From Bugula neritina (taxonomy: Eukaryota > Animalia > Bryozoa), in the NCBI GenBank assembly GCA_964035545.1, contig OZ037766.1, positions 6,562,722 to 6,626,721 on the forward strand: a stretch of DNA of 64,000 nt, written 5' to 3'. This document shows, in pieces, positions 1-13,657 of this stretch (position 1 is its first letter; the number at the start of each line of letters is the position of its first letter). A program made the translations under genes and the position numbers. The notes beneath the pieces were generated by a model. The model made no database searches, was not told where the DNA came from, and saw only the letters and a list, made by a program, of their open reading frames with translations.

Positions 1-754
1 TTTGTGTGCTCTAGTAGCACGAAGAAGAAACGTGACTCTTGCAAAGCATGCAGCTGCTACCAAAATTGGTTGCTTAATTCCCAGGGTAGTCAAGTATAAC
101 AGCAGCGATAAGGATAACCTCCTCGAGTTGAAGGGTTTATTCGGTTCATTTACAGAATATTGTATTCAATTGCATCTTATAGATATCTGAATGTTTGTCT
201 TCAGACAATTACATTTATTACTATGTTCCTTATAACACTTCATTATGTAACAAGATAAGAACTAAAACAACTATAAATATAAATATTAATGGGTTTTTTC
301 TTATCTAATGCTTTATTAATGGCACAATGTTGATAAACTTATCAATTTAAATGCAGTGTAAGTAGTTAATAAATAACTCATAGTTGAAACAATGTCAAGT
401 CTATATACATGTTCTCAAATAATATATGAAAAAATCCTAATTAACGGTGAAAAATCGCTTAGTTGTGTTTTAACTAAGTGAACCAAACACAATTGCATAT
501 GGAACAATTTTTCATGTTTAACAAAAAGTAAAAAAGTGACACCATTATGAAAAGTCTATATTTCTAAGTTTTCTTGTGTATGTCTCTAATAAAATTCAAT
601 AGAATGTGTTGAATGTGATTCAGAAAAATGCAATGAGAAGTAACAATTAAGATATATTCCTGCTTGCATGCTATCATATTAGATTAATCTGCATATGTAC
701 AATACAATGTAACTGACAATGAATTTACATGTTGCGGTGTTTCTGTGATTTCAG

Positions 755-2241
755 AAGAAGGATTCAGATTGAGGCACGTCAGGGGAACGGTTCTGTCCAG
801 CACAGTGTGTCAGTCAGAACACTGGGGAAACCTCATAGACACTAAAATGATATGCTTTGGTAATGAGCATGGCGGAGGCTGCACGGTATGTATCTTTTCA
901 TTCCTCGCTTATCTGTATGTAGTTAAGAACCTGATAAAGTTCTGTGCTAATAGCTTTTTTATTTCATGATATTTTATCATCACTTAGATCTTAAGAATCA
1001 TGTACCACATTTCCTCTTTGTCCAAATCTACATTTTTTGATTTCAGTCTAAATTATTATAGAGCTACTTTCTTGATGTTAGCATTAAACAAGTCGTCAAT
1101 AGCTAATGTTTCATTTTCACACAGAACAATCTAATAATAGATTTGTGAACATTACTTTAATCAATACTTGCACAAACTTTAGCTATTTGTCAATATTTAG
1201 ATTCTAGAATTTATATTTTAAAAATATAATTCATAAATAATACTGTTAATTTATATATAGAAAAAGTTTTTAGAAAGTTTGTTGGGGAATTGATATGATA
1301 CAGTTTCAAACCAGCTACAAAAAATATTTATACTGTGCATAGCTATAAAATCTTTATATCAACAGAGAATTTTATATCAGAAAAATTAAACCGTGGAAGA
1401 AATAATTAAACTACAAGCTATAAAACTTCTGATAAACAGCTATAACTAATGATGTGTGCACATGTATAGCCTACAGATAATCATCAACATAATTACGGCT
1501 CTTCCAAATAACTGGAAATAATAATCTAAAGTCATACAAAAACAAATATAAAAAAACAGAAATTGTCGAAATTGGATTGTTGCCATTGGCTATTTCTTTA
1601 TATTTTTCCATATCCTGTTTCTAAAACTGTCAATTCATAACTTGGTCTGGCAACCATCTGAATGAAAGCACAAAAAATTATTACATGTATCAACATGGCA
1701 TTATTGTATAATCAGATTCTACGTATCAGCTTTTTTTAATATATAATTAGACATTTCTGGAATGTTTAAAGAAGTATTTTGTATATAATCGGTTAGAAGC
1801 AATGCTGTGGTTACGTTGAAGATAATTGTGTGACATCTATGCAGATTCAGTTGGTAACCTAAATCGGTATGTAAGTCAATAAAATGTGTCAGTACACAGC
1901 TGGCTGAGCTGATTGGTGACTGCTGCAGCTGGATGCAACACTGTCTGACCGTCTACGTCCTTAGCCAGTGCATGTTTATTGGTTACAAAGTATTCAACTG
2001 CTAGGATGTAATCTGTTTCCATTAGAGTTCGATTTCCATTGCCTAACTCGGTTAACCAAGCAGAATATATATATATTTGTAGGGGGATTCTGGTGGAGGG
2101 ATGTTTTGTGAAGATGAAAATAATCAATATACATTAGCCGGAATAATATCATGGGGAAGTGTTAGGTGCAACGTTGGAGCAACGGTTCTAACAGATATAG
2201 CCCAGTACTACACTTGGATACAGGAAACAATGGCAGGCTGA
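755..2241 (+). CDS. S1 (chymotrypsin-family) serine protease, last two coding exons (755-885, 2083-2241); 5' part outside the window
   Basis: Spliced translation ...C-QSEHWGNLIDTKMICFGNEHGGGCT|GDSGGGMFCEDENNQYTLAGIISWGSVRCNVGATVLTDIAQYYTWIQETMAG*. It contains the catalytic GDSGG, the GIISWG and C-terminal WI motifs, with canonical ag/gt boundaries and a phase-0 junction. Confidence 0.92.
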
Positions 2242-4326
2242 TCTCCCGACCCTACCATACTAATAGCAACAGAGAATTCAACTACCTACGTTTCTAAAAG
2301 TGATTAGAATAATCTTATATCTATATAATGTATATAAAATGTTTATAATAATCTGTCTAGACATTGGCTCCCCAGAGTCACACAACAAACAATGACATCA
2401 CACCGACTAATATATATTAAGGATTAACCTACTCTATAGAATATACCGTGTATAATACTGTATCTGGTCTACTTCTGCCAATTCATTGATCTCAATCATT
2501 GCTTCTCCCAGCCAAACTGTTGCCTTAGCTAGAGACTTGTTTACCCAACAGCATTGCTAATCTGTGGTGAGGACAACCACTCATTATGTTTAATCTCCTC
2601 ACTCTAACCAATGAAGATGAAGACATTTATTACCTTAGTGCTGTAGGCCTGACTTATTATACGTCATTTTTAACCTACAATCTGGTGTAAAAAAATCAAA
2701 ACATTTTATTCTATGTTATTTAAATACCCTGGGAGATATCGTATATCTCGTCTGTTGAGAATTTACAGCATTAAAATGTGTAAATCTGATTATATTGAGA
2801 GTATAATAGTTTTATTAAAATAACACTTGATCAGAATTGAATAAATATAAATGATAGAATCAGCTGTGCAAAGTTAATATTTCGACTAATGTGACATTAT
2901 GTCACAGTTTTGTATTTATTGCAAAATGAATTGTTTGCAAGATTAATTTTTATGTTATCTTATTTAATATATGAAATATAACAGTAAAACAAACATATCA
3001 TTGATTAATGATTTATAATATGCAGACTAACATTTGTTTGTAAATTTGCTGGTGCCCCATTTATTCCTACATGACATAATCTCAATAATCTTGATAATCA
3101 TGCCATAGTAGTGGCAGCCAATCTCTGAAGATTTTACCAACTAGGTACAGAGCCGAGGTTTTCTAATCCATGAGGCAACAAAATTCTATCAGGTGATTCA
3201 TACACATTCTAATTTTCTATGACGTCTGCATGTATTATAGCAATCTGCATGTATTATAGCAATCTGCAGTTGAAATTGGAAAGCATCAGGTTTTGGTGGT
3301 TGCTAATCCGCTCACTTGAGCTGTCTATAAAAACTGTAGCAATGACATTCTTCAAGGACAAACTTCAAAAAAATATTTGGCACAGTCCTAATATGTATGT
3401 TATAATAAATTCATTTCAGTTATCAATAGTTAGCTGATCATTCTGATGATTATTGAAGTATCTCCTGAGAGAGACTTGATAATAAGAATGTTCGAAATAA
3501 ATTTAATGCCATTATAAAATGTGACTAAAGCCTTTTTTCTTTGCATCAGTTTAAATCTTCAACCTATTAGCTGCATCCTGGCTTTTAGTTGAATATTAAT
3601 CCAAAAGTTATTATTGTTTTTTTTTGGGTAAATTCTTGACATTATTAGCGTTTTATCAGCTGTTGATAGTGTTAACAACACATAGAACTACTAGTAATAA
3701 AATATTTCAATCAATTTATGTGTTGTGTGTGCGCGCGCGTGTGTGTTGTGTGCATGTGCGTGCGTGCGTAGTAGAAGAAAGATGTGAGTCTTTGAATCTT
3801 TGAAGCTGTAACATCAGGCTCACTTTTTTAAGGAATAAAAAATTAAAAAAAACATTTATACACATACATTGTTGGCAATGATGTGTTTGATGGAATTTTG
3901 TCAAAATTGATCAGAGCAATGGCCTATTTGAAAGCTAACCCAACACAAACAAATAATTTTAAGCTTACTCCTACAACCAATCAATAAATGCCAGCAGGGC
4001 TCAGCGAAAATGTAAAAAGAGATTGTTCACTGCAGGAATATTTTATTTCACACAATAAACACTAAAGCATTATCAAAAGCAAGCAGGACACAATTTTAAA
4101 TTGTTCCAACAACTCAAAACTTGTATTTTGTTCAAGTAGTACAATTTGTTTAAAAGCAATTTTCTAGTGAAAAAAATCAACACCTAAAATTATATTTATT
4201 TATAGAAACTAGAAAAGTATAAGAAACACATCTGATTATAATATAGTACTATAGAGATATCAGTTCATTATCTCTCTAAAGGAAATGAGAAGACAACTCT
4301 TCTGTCAGTTGGCTGATTGTGTTGGT

Positions 4327-7300
4327 CTAGCTAACTGGGGTGAGGGCTCTCTTTTCTACAAGTGAATAAAATTACTTATAATATTTTATAACAAATAATA
4401 ATAGCATAATAATTCTAAAAGTTATATTCTATCACAGGTTTTCTAGAAAACTAAAAAGGTTAATTGTTCACTATGTAGCAGTATGTGACCAATCATGGAC
4501 AACGTGTCAGGTGAGGTAACTTAGCCTTACCATTGCTAGTGGTGGGTCGGCTACCAATAGGGGCATCAGTAGACTTAGTCACAGGGTCAGGGACATGAGG
4601 CACTGGGGCAGGGCCATACAACGCCTCTTCTGCGGGGTTGATCTTGGATGGTTGAAGCTGGTAGGTTCCCAGCTCAGCATGGGAAAGATCTATCAACACA
4701 CAAATGGGTCAAGAGAAAAAAATAACAAGTGTACTTTGACCTAAATCCTATTGTGATATTATGCAAACGTTGAATGGATTGTTGGATGTTTACAGCACTT
4801 TTATTTTGTAATTAACAACAATGTTACAAAAACTGAACTGAAAATTCGAAAAACTGAGACCTACAATCACGTATATCTAGTATTTTTACTTAATATAATT
4901 ATTTAATATGATATATATCAGACTAATATAATATAGAATGTAAACAAAAAACAAGCATAATTTTAATCAATAATTAAAATAATATGTACAAAAGTTAAAA
5001 TACTCAACTGCGTCTTACTACACTCAATATTCTTAGAGGTGTAACTACTCACGTGTACGACTTTCTCTGGGGCTATCCTGGATCTTGTTTGCTCCACTTC
5101 CCTTCTTAAGACACACCATGGCAATCACTATGACCAGCACAACCAGCATGGTACAGCCAACAACAACACCAATGATCACGCCCATCTTCATTCCAGCTGT
5201 AAAAACAGAGGCTCATTACCGGGAATACTGGGCAAGAGGATGCATGACTTTCAATTTGAAAACAAAGTTCAGTAACCGTGAATACATTATAAGAACGCAT
5301 TGGGAGTTGTCTCAACAAGGTACTTCCTTATTCTATATATGTCAAAAGTACATGTGCATATAAATAATATTTATGTATCATAATAAAGAGAAAACTGGAG
5401 AAAAGTAGCAAACGAAACAAATTTCTTGATGCCAACTTCAGTATTTGAAAAACAAATTTGGAACTCGCCTCAAGATAATGACAACCAGCTTACCTGGCTC
5501 AGAGACAGATGGCGAAGTACCAACGTTCTTATTGATGGAGACGCTGAAGCTGTCGGGGATCAGTGTGTATGTAGTCCCAAGGAGAGAGATGGATGAAGAG
5601 GAAGTGACCTGCTTCTCCAGTCTGGTGATCAAGACGTTCATATCTCCTTCACCCACCGACATCAGGTCAAACTCCACCACAATGCTGCCTGCGTAACACA
5701 GTCACAGTTCACATGAGCTTACAGTATTTCTATTAACTAAGTAGCTGGTACGAGCTAAAAACTGGTATGTACACAAATACAAGTACATAAACATACGAGA
5801 GTTGGTGAAAGTAGAGTCGGTGAGATGAAATACCAAACACTATGATCACATTTTACGCTACTAGACGGACATAAAGTCAAGGTTAACCCACCTTTAGAGA
5901 GAACTAGGTTTTCAATTCTGTCCTCTTCCACAGACATGGTATTCGTCAGCCATTCCAAGATGTCCGCTTTGACTTCACTGTAGTTAGCAATGAGTGCAGA
6001 GTCAGCGTCAATACTGAACACTATAGTGATGCTGTCGACATCGTCCTCAGACAGGTCATCAAGGAAGTTCGCAGCAGTAGTAGTAGTAGTAGCAGTTGTC
6101 TCCTCAGTAATAAGGGCTACAGAAGGACAACTCTTCAGATCAAAGACTGTATCAAGTTAAATAAGTAAAGCATATACAATGGAATGCTAAATGTAAGTGA
6201 GGACTTAGAAAGTTGTACCAGTAAAAAAGTAGGAGAAAACCATGGCATAGGCAACACAGTATAACATTCACCAAGAAATCACCACATTATTGTGTGTAAC
6301 ATAACTTATGGCTATGACAATATTTGTTGTAACCTTGAAAAAACCAACTTTAAACTCTAAAGACTTAACAATTTTGAGGTGAAATAAAACAATAGTTAAA
6401 TTCAATATTGAAAAATTGTGTTTGAAGGCTTATTTTTGATAACTCAAGTTGCTGATTGAATTAATTTTGATAATTCAAGAGATAATTGTTAACAAACCAG
6501 GAGCACAAGTTGGCAAGTGAACAAAGAGCCTAAACATCTAGAGTTGGTTGACACCAGTACACAGTGAGTAACTGAATGTATCAAACTGATGGTAAACTTA
6601 CACTCTGTAGTGGAAGGTATGGAGAGCAACGCCAGTTCTTCTCCTTCAAACACTCTGTGAATATTAAAATATAAGTATAAATAGATATAAACTATACAGC
6701 AAAGAGCTCTCTGGCATACACTAGCACGTATTAATGTGAATTAAACTAAATTAATTTTAATGTTGCCTACTTTCTCATAACTGACTATTCATAGAGATTA
6801 ATCCATTGAAAATTTCAGGTAGATGCAGTAACGAAGAAATTGAGAAAAGCCTGTGTTCTAGATTAGAAATGTAGCATAAGAAGTTATGTTCTCGCAAAAA
6901 TTTCAACCCGCACCCCAAACCAAAATTTATAAAGAAATTTAAAGAACTAGGCTATCTCAATTTCTCCACTACTGCTCCTAAATGAAAATTTTTCGCAACA
7001 TAGAGAATACATATACACTAGACACGCACGCGAAATATCCTGTAGTGTAGCAGTAGCATGTAGCAGTCCATTTGTTAGTAGAATTATCCAACATGGCGGC
7101 CTCACAGCCATCTTCACTCCAATCAACATTTTCATAATCCCAGTTACGGCACTAGAATTAGATAGTACAGTAGTATCAGAAACCAAAACCATGGTTATTA
7201 CTAAGAATAAAGCCGTGTGTTGAGTAAATATAAAGATATAAATACACATTCACAATTTTAATGTCAGCAAATAACCTGCCAAACGATGCATGCACCAGTT

Positions 7301-10300
7301 TACTATATACCGACATGTATCAACTTATTATATATGATAAAGTATCACAAATGCCTACAGGTGTCAACTCGTTGTATATGTTAAGGTATCACAATAGCTG
7401 ACAGGTATCAACTTACTTATATGATAATATATCACAATTGTTGACAAGTGTCAACTCATTGTACATAATAATTTAACACAATCGCCTACAGGTGTCAACT
7501 CATTGTATGCGAGGTATCACAATAGCTGACAGGTATCAACTCACCACATACTGATAGGTGGTAAAGTCAGGATCAGATGTCAAAGGTATAGTAAGTTTCA
7601 TAGGAACCAGCATGTCTGTAACTTCCACCAATTCGTAGGTAACAGGATTTACAAGATGAACAGCAACAATATCGCTGTACCTATAAATACATACTAGTGC
7701 TTAATACCAGTATTTACAAGAATAATTAAATGAATATATAAAAATTATGGATGAAAAATAGTTTGTCACCTGCATTTGCATTAAATACAACTGATTGTTT
7801 CATGTTATAGGTTGTCGACTGGTTTGCTGATAATTTACAGCAGCAGTTGTGTATGAGTGTTTTTTGGAGATTACAAAAACTCTTAAAGCTTGACCAATGA
7901 TTAACCATGGAAAGTTTTAGTTGAAGCCTGTAAGATGTCACACATCACAATTCCAGTCTCATAGACTATATGCAACGCATATAAGTACTATTTTAATGGT
8001 GAATTTAGTTGCATACCTGGTACTAATAAGTGGCTGAATGGCTTCGCTGGTAGCTGTAAGTGCATCATAACTAAGTTGACCAGTTGCTAAGCAACCGCCC
8101 AGGCAGCTGTTTTCATCTGTACAATTCCATTCCGAGTACAAATCTTGCATGTGCTGACCAATCTCAAACTAAAACAAGATTATGAAATTAATAAAACTGC
8201 ACACCAGTTTGAAACATAACGTGTTAGATGAGATGAGAGCAGAAAAATCACAGCAAACTGAAAGCTTTGTTAGCAGCTCTTACAAACTCTACACGAAATA
8301 CACAGCACTATATATGTATACACAAGAGTGAGTATACATACCATAGCAGCTTCAACAAGGTGTGTGCAGTTTTCACAAGCCGCCTGTAGAGTAGTGTTGG
8401 CCAAGTCAGCGAACGCTGCAGTGTAGACCCTAAAAGTTAGCATCTCCATTTCCCTGTAAATATTAATGTTGAGAAAATCATAGATACATAGAAGTTAATT
8501 CAGCACAGTTAATATGTGCATATAATACATATTTAGTAAGTAATATACAAACATGCATAAACAATGTGCGCAATATAATTTATTATAGACATATACAGTG
8601 TGAACAGTATAGTATAATATATAAATATACAATGCATACAGTATAGTATAATATATAAATATACAATGCATACAGTATAGTATAATATATAAATATACAA
8701 TGCATACAGTATAGTATACTATACAAGCAGTAAATAAGCAACCAACTTGGAGTTACCTACCCAACTTCAGCATCCTGGCCCTCTACCTGTCCAGCACACA
8801 CACCTTGCCATACACTTTCTAACAACTCCATAAAAGTTACAGCATCTTCACTGAGAATATCTGTCTCCGCTATCCCCTCCAGAGCTGTTAAGTAGGCTGA
8901 CAGGATCGTCTCCCCCTAAAAAAGACACGCATAAAATTAGTAGGCCAGGACTAACAAGTATGTCTAACTTCATATATAATGATAGCAATAACATACCTCA
9001 CTGATCTCCACAGAATTAATTAAGTATCCAGTCACTGATCTCTTCTTTCTTCTGGCATCATTGATGTCTGCCAAAGCTGATAATATAATACCACGTAACA
9101 TTATATAATATAATATTATAGAATAATATAATACCACGTAACATTATATAATATAATATTATAGAATAATATAATCCAAGTAACATTATATAATATAATA
9201 TTATAGAATAATATAATACCACGTAACATTATATAATATAATATTATATAATAATGTAATACTATGTAACATTATATAATATAATATTATAGGATAATGC
9301 AATGTATTACAATATAATATGAAATACTGCAATATAATATAATTCGATTTAGTACAATATAAAATGAAATAATCCAATTCAATATAATATAACATAAGAT
9401 AATGCAACTTAATACAATATAATATAATATAGTGCAACTTTAATATAATATAATATGATATTTTACACAATATAATACAATATAAGATATAAAATAACAT
9501 AGTACTATACAGCCACACATAATATGCTAGTGTCAGAAGATGCAGAAATTGCCAGACTCACCTTTCTCAGGGTTAATCTTAAACTCAGCGACCTCGGCTG
9601 TTTTGGCCTTCATTTGCTCCTGTGACCCCTCACTCAGTGCAGAAGACCCGGCAACTGACTTAGTCTGCTCTGTAGTCTCTGTTGTGTAGGACAGCTTGTC
9701 CAAACCTCCATCTGGATCATCTCTAGTCATTGTAAAATAAAACTATTAGAAACATAGCAAAATTACACCAACTTTGCAGTTACCATCAAACTGCGCTGCG
9801 ATTAAAGAGTTTTGTTGGCTTTAAGTTAAAATTAATAGTGTTCATGCTTTGGACGTTAGAAAACAAACAACTAACTGAGCATTGATCCCACTGAGAGTGC
9901 TGCTAGTTAGCATGTCCCCGAGTGCTACCACCATCTCCTTTACTTCATCCGTTGGGTCATCCATACTTTCAACATTATCCAACACCTGAGAGATCAATGG
10001 GCTTTCACCGCCTGCAACACACATTTCCTGTTCTGTTTTAATACTTTTAAAACTTGAGCAGTTACAAGCTTTAACACAGTGTGACCATTAAACTTCCCTA
10101 CATGCTCTCTGTTGAGACTATCACCAAATAAAGTAAATGTGTAGGTGTAAGTAGAAACTAACACCATATAAGGTAAATGTGAAGGTGTAGGTAGAAACTA
10201 ACACCATATAAGGTAAATGTGTAGGTGTAAGTAGAAACTAACACCATATAAGGTAAATGTGAAGGTGTAGGTAGAAACTAACACCATAAAAGGTAAAATG

Positions 10301-13300
10301 TGTAGGTGGAGAAACTAACACCATATAAGGTAAAATGTGTAGGTGTACATAGACACTAACACCATATAAGGTAAATACGTAGGTGTAGGTAGAAACTAAC
10401 ACCATATAAGGTAAATACGTAGGTGTAGAAACATACCAAGTGCCACATCATCTCCAGCATCCTCCAAGATTTGATCAATGTTAGATGTGGTGAAATCACT
10501 GTTTGAGAGTGTAATCTCCGTATCTGATACGTAGTCCGCACACGCCTTGTTTATGTCACACACTTGACACCCAAACTTTCTTATACCTGACATAATAGTA
10601 GAAATAATAATAGTAATAACAAAGCACACTATAGTGTTCTTTTCACATCGTTTCACCAGTTATATCACACCATACAAAGCACTATGTAATATTTAGTATA
10701 AGAGATGAACGTGTAATATATAAAACATTCAACTCTGGATAATGCAAAGTCAAAAACAACTCTAATACGTCAATATCTGAGCATGTTTTATACCTAAGAA
10801 GTGAAACGGCAGCAAACACAGCAATATACACATCCTGTGAGAGCTCTAGCATTCATATGTTATTATATATCTTACAGAATAATCATATTACATATTGCTA
10901 TAAATAATATAGTACTACTAAATCAATAATAGGGGAAAATATTCACCTGCAGATAGTTTAGTGGAGATTTCACTGGCAAGTTGAGGCTCTGTGGTAAGGT
11001 AGGTTACCTTGTCTTTGTTATCCACATCAACTGTGTAGAACCTGTAGGTGAGAGGGAAATCTGTCTCATCATCATCGCAGCCCTCCATTACAGCTGTGAA
11101 CTCATCAGTAAGGGCAGTTCCTGACGTCCCACCCATATTCTAAGAAAATAAACTAAATAAATAACATCTCAGCTAGGAGTATAAATAGAAGAATCAGATA
11201 CATTACTTGCATAATAAAGTGCAACAATTTCACTTCATAAAACAATTTCAAAAACATCCAACTTTTTCATAATAATATCAAACTTTCATAACTCATGAGT
11301 TTAATTAGCGAGAACGTAACTATTTTCATTACAAAGTAGATATATAGCAGCTACTTACGGTAACATCAGTGCACTGAGGCGCAGCATTAACTGTGACCTC
11401 CAAAGCAGCGACAGCAAAGTTATCAGAGTGAGTTGCGTCAAGTTCAAACTTGTACGTTGCACCGGGTTTTAGAAACTCAGCTGCAACAACAAGTGCTACG
11501 GACACAGCCCTGCCGTTTCCACCGTATCTTTTCCCGTTGGCATTTGAAAAAGCTTCTACATCCAGCACTTCATATCCTGTTTAAAATAGAGTTCATTATT
11601 CTGACCAATCAGCAACAAACATGTGGTGAACAGTCAGTAACCGATGATTATCCAACATATACCAGCTGAAGACTAGAAAACCTGCATGTTTGTCAAAACT
11701 CCTTTTAAATATTCAAATCAAGTGCATTTTAAAGTGTGGAAAAAAGTTTTATGCCAAAAAAATTTACTTTCAGATTCAAAGCATTCTACAAGTTATAACA
11801 ATGTTCATTGTATTTTGGCATTTAAACACCTTTTCTTGTAAAACTCGGTCACTTTTTAGAACGTGGTTTCAGTCTCATTTCAACTTTTGATAAAACTTAA
11901 TATAAATAGCAAAGTGGAGACAACTCACCTTCTCCCTCGACACAAGACCAGGTGACTGCGAAATCAAGAGGACTTAAGACTGAGCCTGCAATGACCAACT
12001 CCTTATTTGGATTGTGTGAGCCTTCAATCTCCTCTATTGATACTTTTGGTGGACTTCCTTCCTTAACTTCAACGGCAATCTCTTTCGTAGTGGATGATCG
12101 GTCATTTTTCCTGGAAAAGTAATTAGTAATAATTAAAGTGTTATAATTTCAATAAAGGACGCACATATATCTAAGACACCTAAATACACTGCTGCTATAA
12201 CATAGCACTGAAAATATTTGTCAACATTTTTATAGCACTTTTAACGAAATACAGGGCACTCTCTGTAGCTAACTGTTCTTATTACTATAAAATTCCATAG
12301 GTCTCAAGAAGAGCGGAATTTAGCGGATTCATGAGTTAAATCTAGTACTTGATATTCTAATACATCACAAATTGAAGTTTTCGGCCTGTAGCATAGTGGG
12401 ATATGAAAGGAGCACTGTATATGTCAAGGTGAATACTGCAATGACACACATTGTAAAAACATACTTGTAGGTCAAGGTGAATTGATATTTGGTGTTTGTT
12501 GACAGTGAAAACTCTGGTAGTTCAATGATTGACTTTGCATCCACAACATCTTGATAATCAGAGAAAGATACGAAACTGGTAGATCCGTCTGTATCGGTGA
12601 GAGATAGAAGACAGGCTCCCAGCTCTTCATTCTAAAAACACAAGTTTCAAGGCTATATGTTGGTGCATTAGAGAATAATCGGCAGAGGAAAAAAATAGAA
12701 ACAGGAAGTTGTACACACCCCTTCCTCGTCTTCCTCCACCCTCTCACAGGTCCATATGTGGTAGATACTGTCATTCTCATCGTCCCCTCGGTCCGGATCA
12801 TATGATGCAGACCCATCAAGAACCAACTTGGAGTCTGAACCTAATAAATACCACAAAAGATTACATTTACACTTTAGTAACTTAGTCTACAACAGTCCCC
12901 AGAGCAGTACTATGCGTGTTGGGAGGAAGCAGCCGTGGTCTAGAGGGTAGAGCGTTTGCCTACTAAACACGAAGTTATGGGTTTGAGCCCAGACAAAGGC
13001 CATTAGTGATGCTAGGAAGGGATCCAATCATAATTGCTCCTGTGCCCCATCTGAATAAGTCCTTAACCAGGTTCAACAAAAACCCTTTCCATCAGGGGTT
13101 CCTACAGGGATAGTGACTATAAACTTGTGTGAGTTTATTCTATGTGCCGTGACTATTCCCAAACTCTTACAAGAGTACACAATAATGTATATTTACAGTG
13201 AGACTGAGATGCTTAATTTACTCTCCATCTCCCTCAGCAACACATAAATAACAAAACCAGTAAACTCACCTGTTGTTATTAAAGGAGCTCGGGCTATTTT

Positions 13301-13573
13301 AGCAACCAGATCTTGACTCATAGTACTGATTGTGACAGACGCTTCAGCCGTAATAGTCATGTCATTTATTACCATAGCCAGCACCTTTATAGTGTAGCTG
13401 GAACCTCCTTTCATGTAGCCCGGAGGTATCCTTATTTTACTTCTGGTAAACCTAGACAGGTCTACATCTGCGGTACTCTCGGCCTCCCACTCAAACTGCA
13501 ACAAATACAGAGAAGATCCTATACTATACAGATATGTTAATATACTATATATACTATATATACTATATACACC

Positions 13574-13657
<84 letters not shown>

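Noticed and set aside
9201-9518. 105-aa Tyr/Ile/Leu-rich ORF
   Set aside because: Pentamer low-complexity intron sequence.
10130-10435. Regular ~40-bp repeats, superficially CRISPR-like (also 45750-45924 and 56660-57032)
   Set aside because: No unique spacers, no cas genes and a eukaryotic intron context; these are minisatellites.
12925-13000. tRNA-like sequence with A and B boxes
   Set aside because: No intact cloverleaf, and it continues into a shared SINE body, so it is not a tRNA gene.
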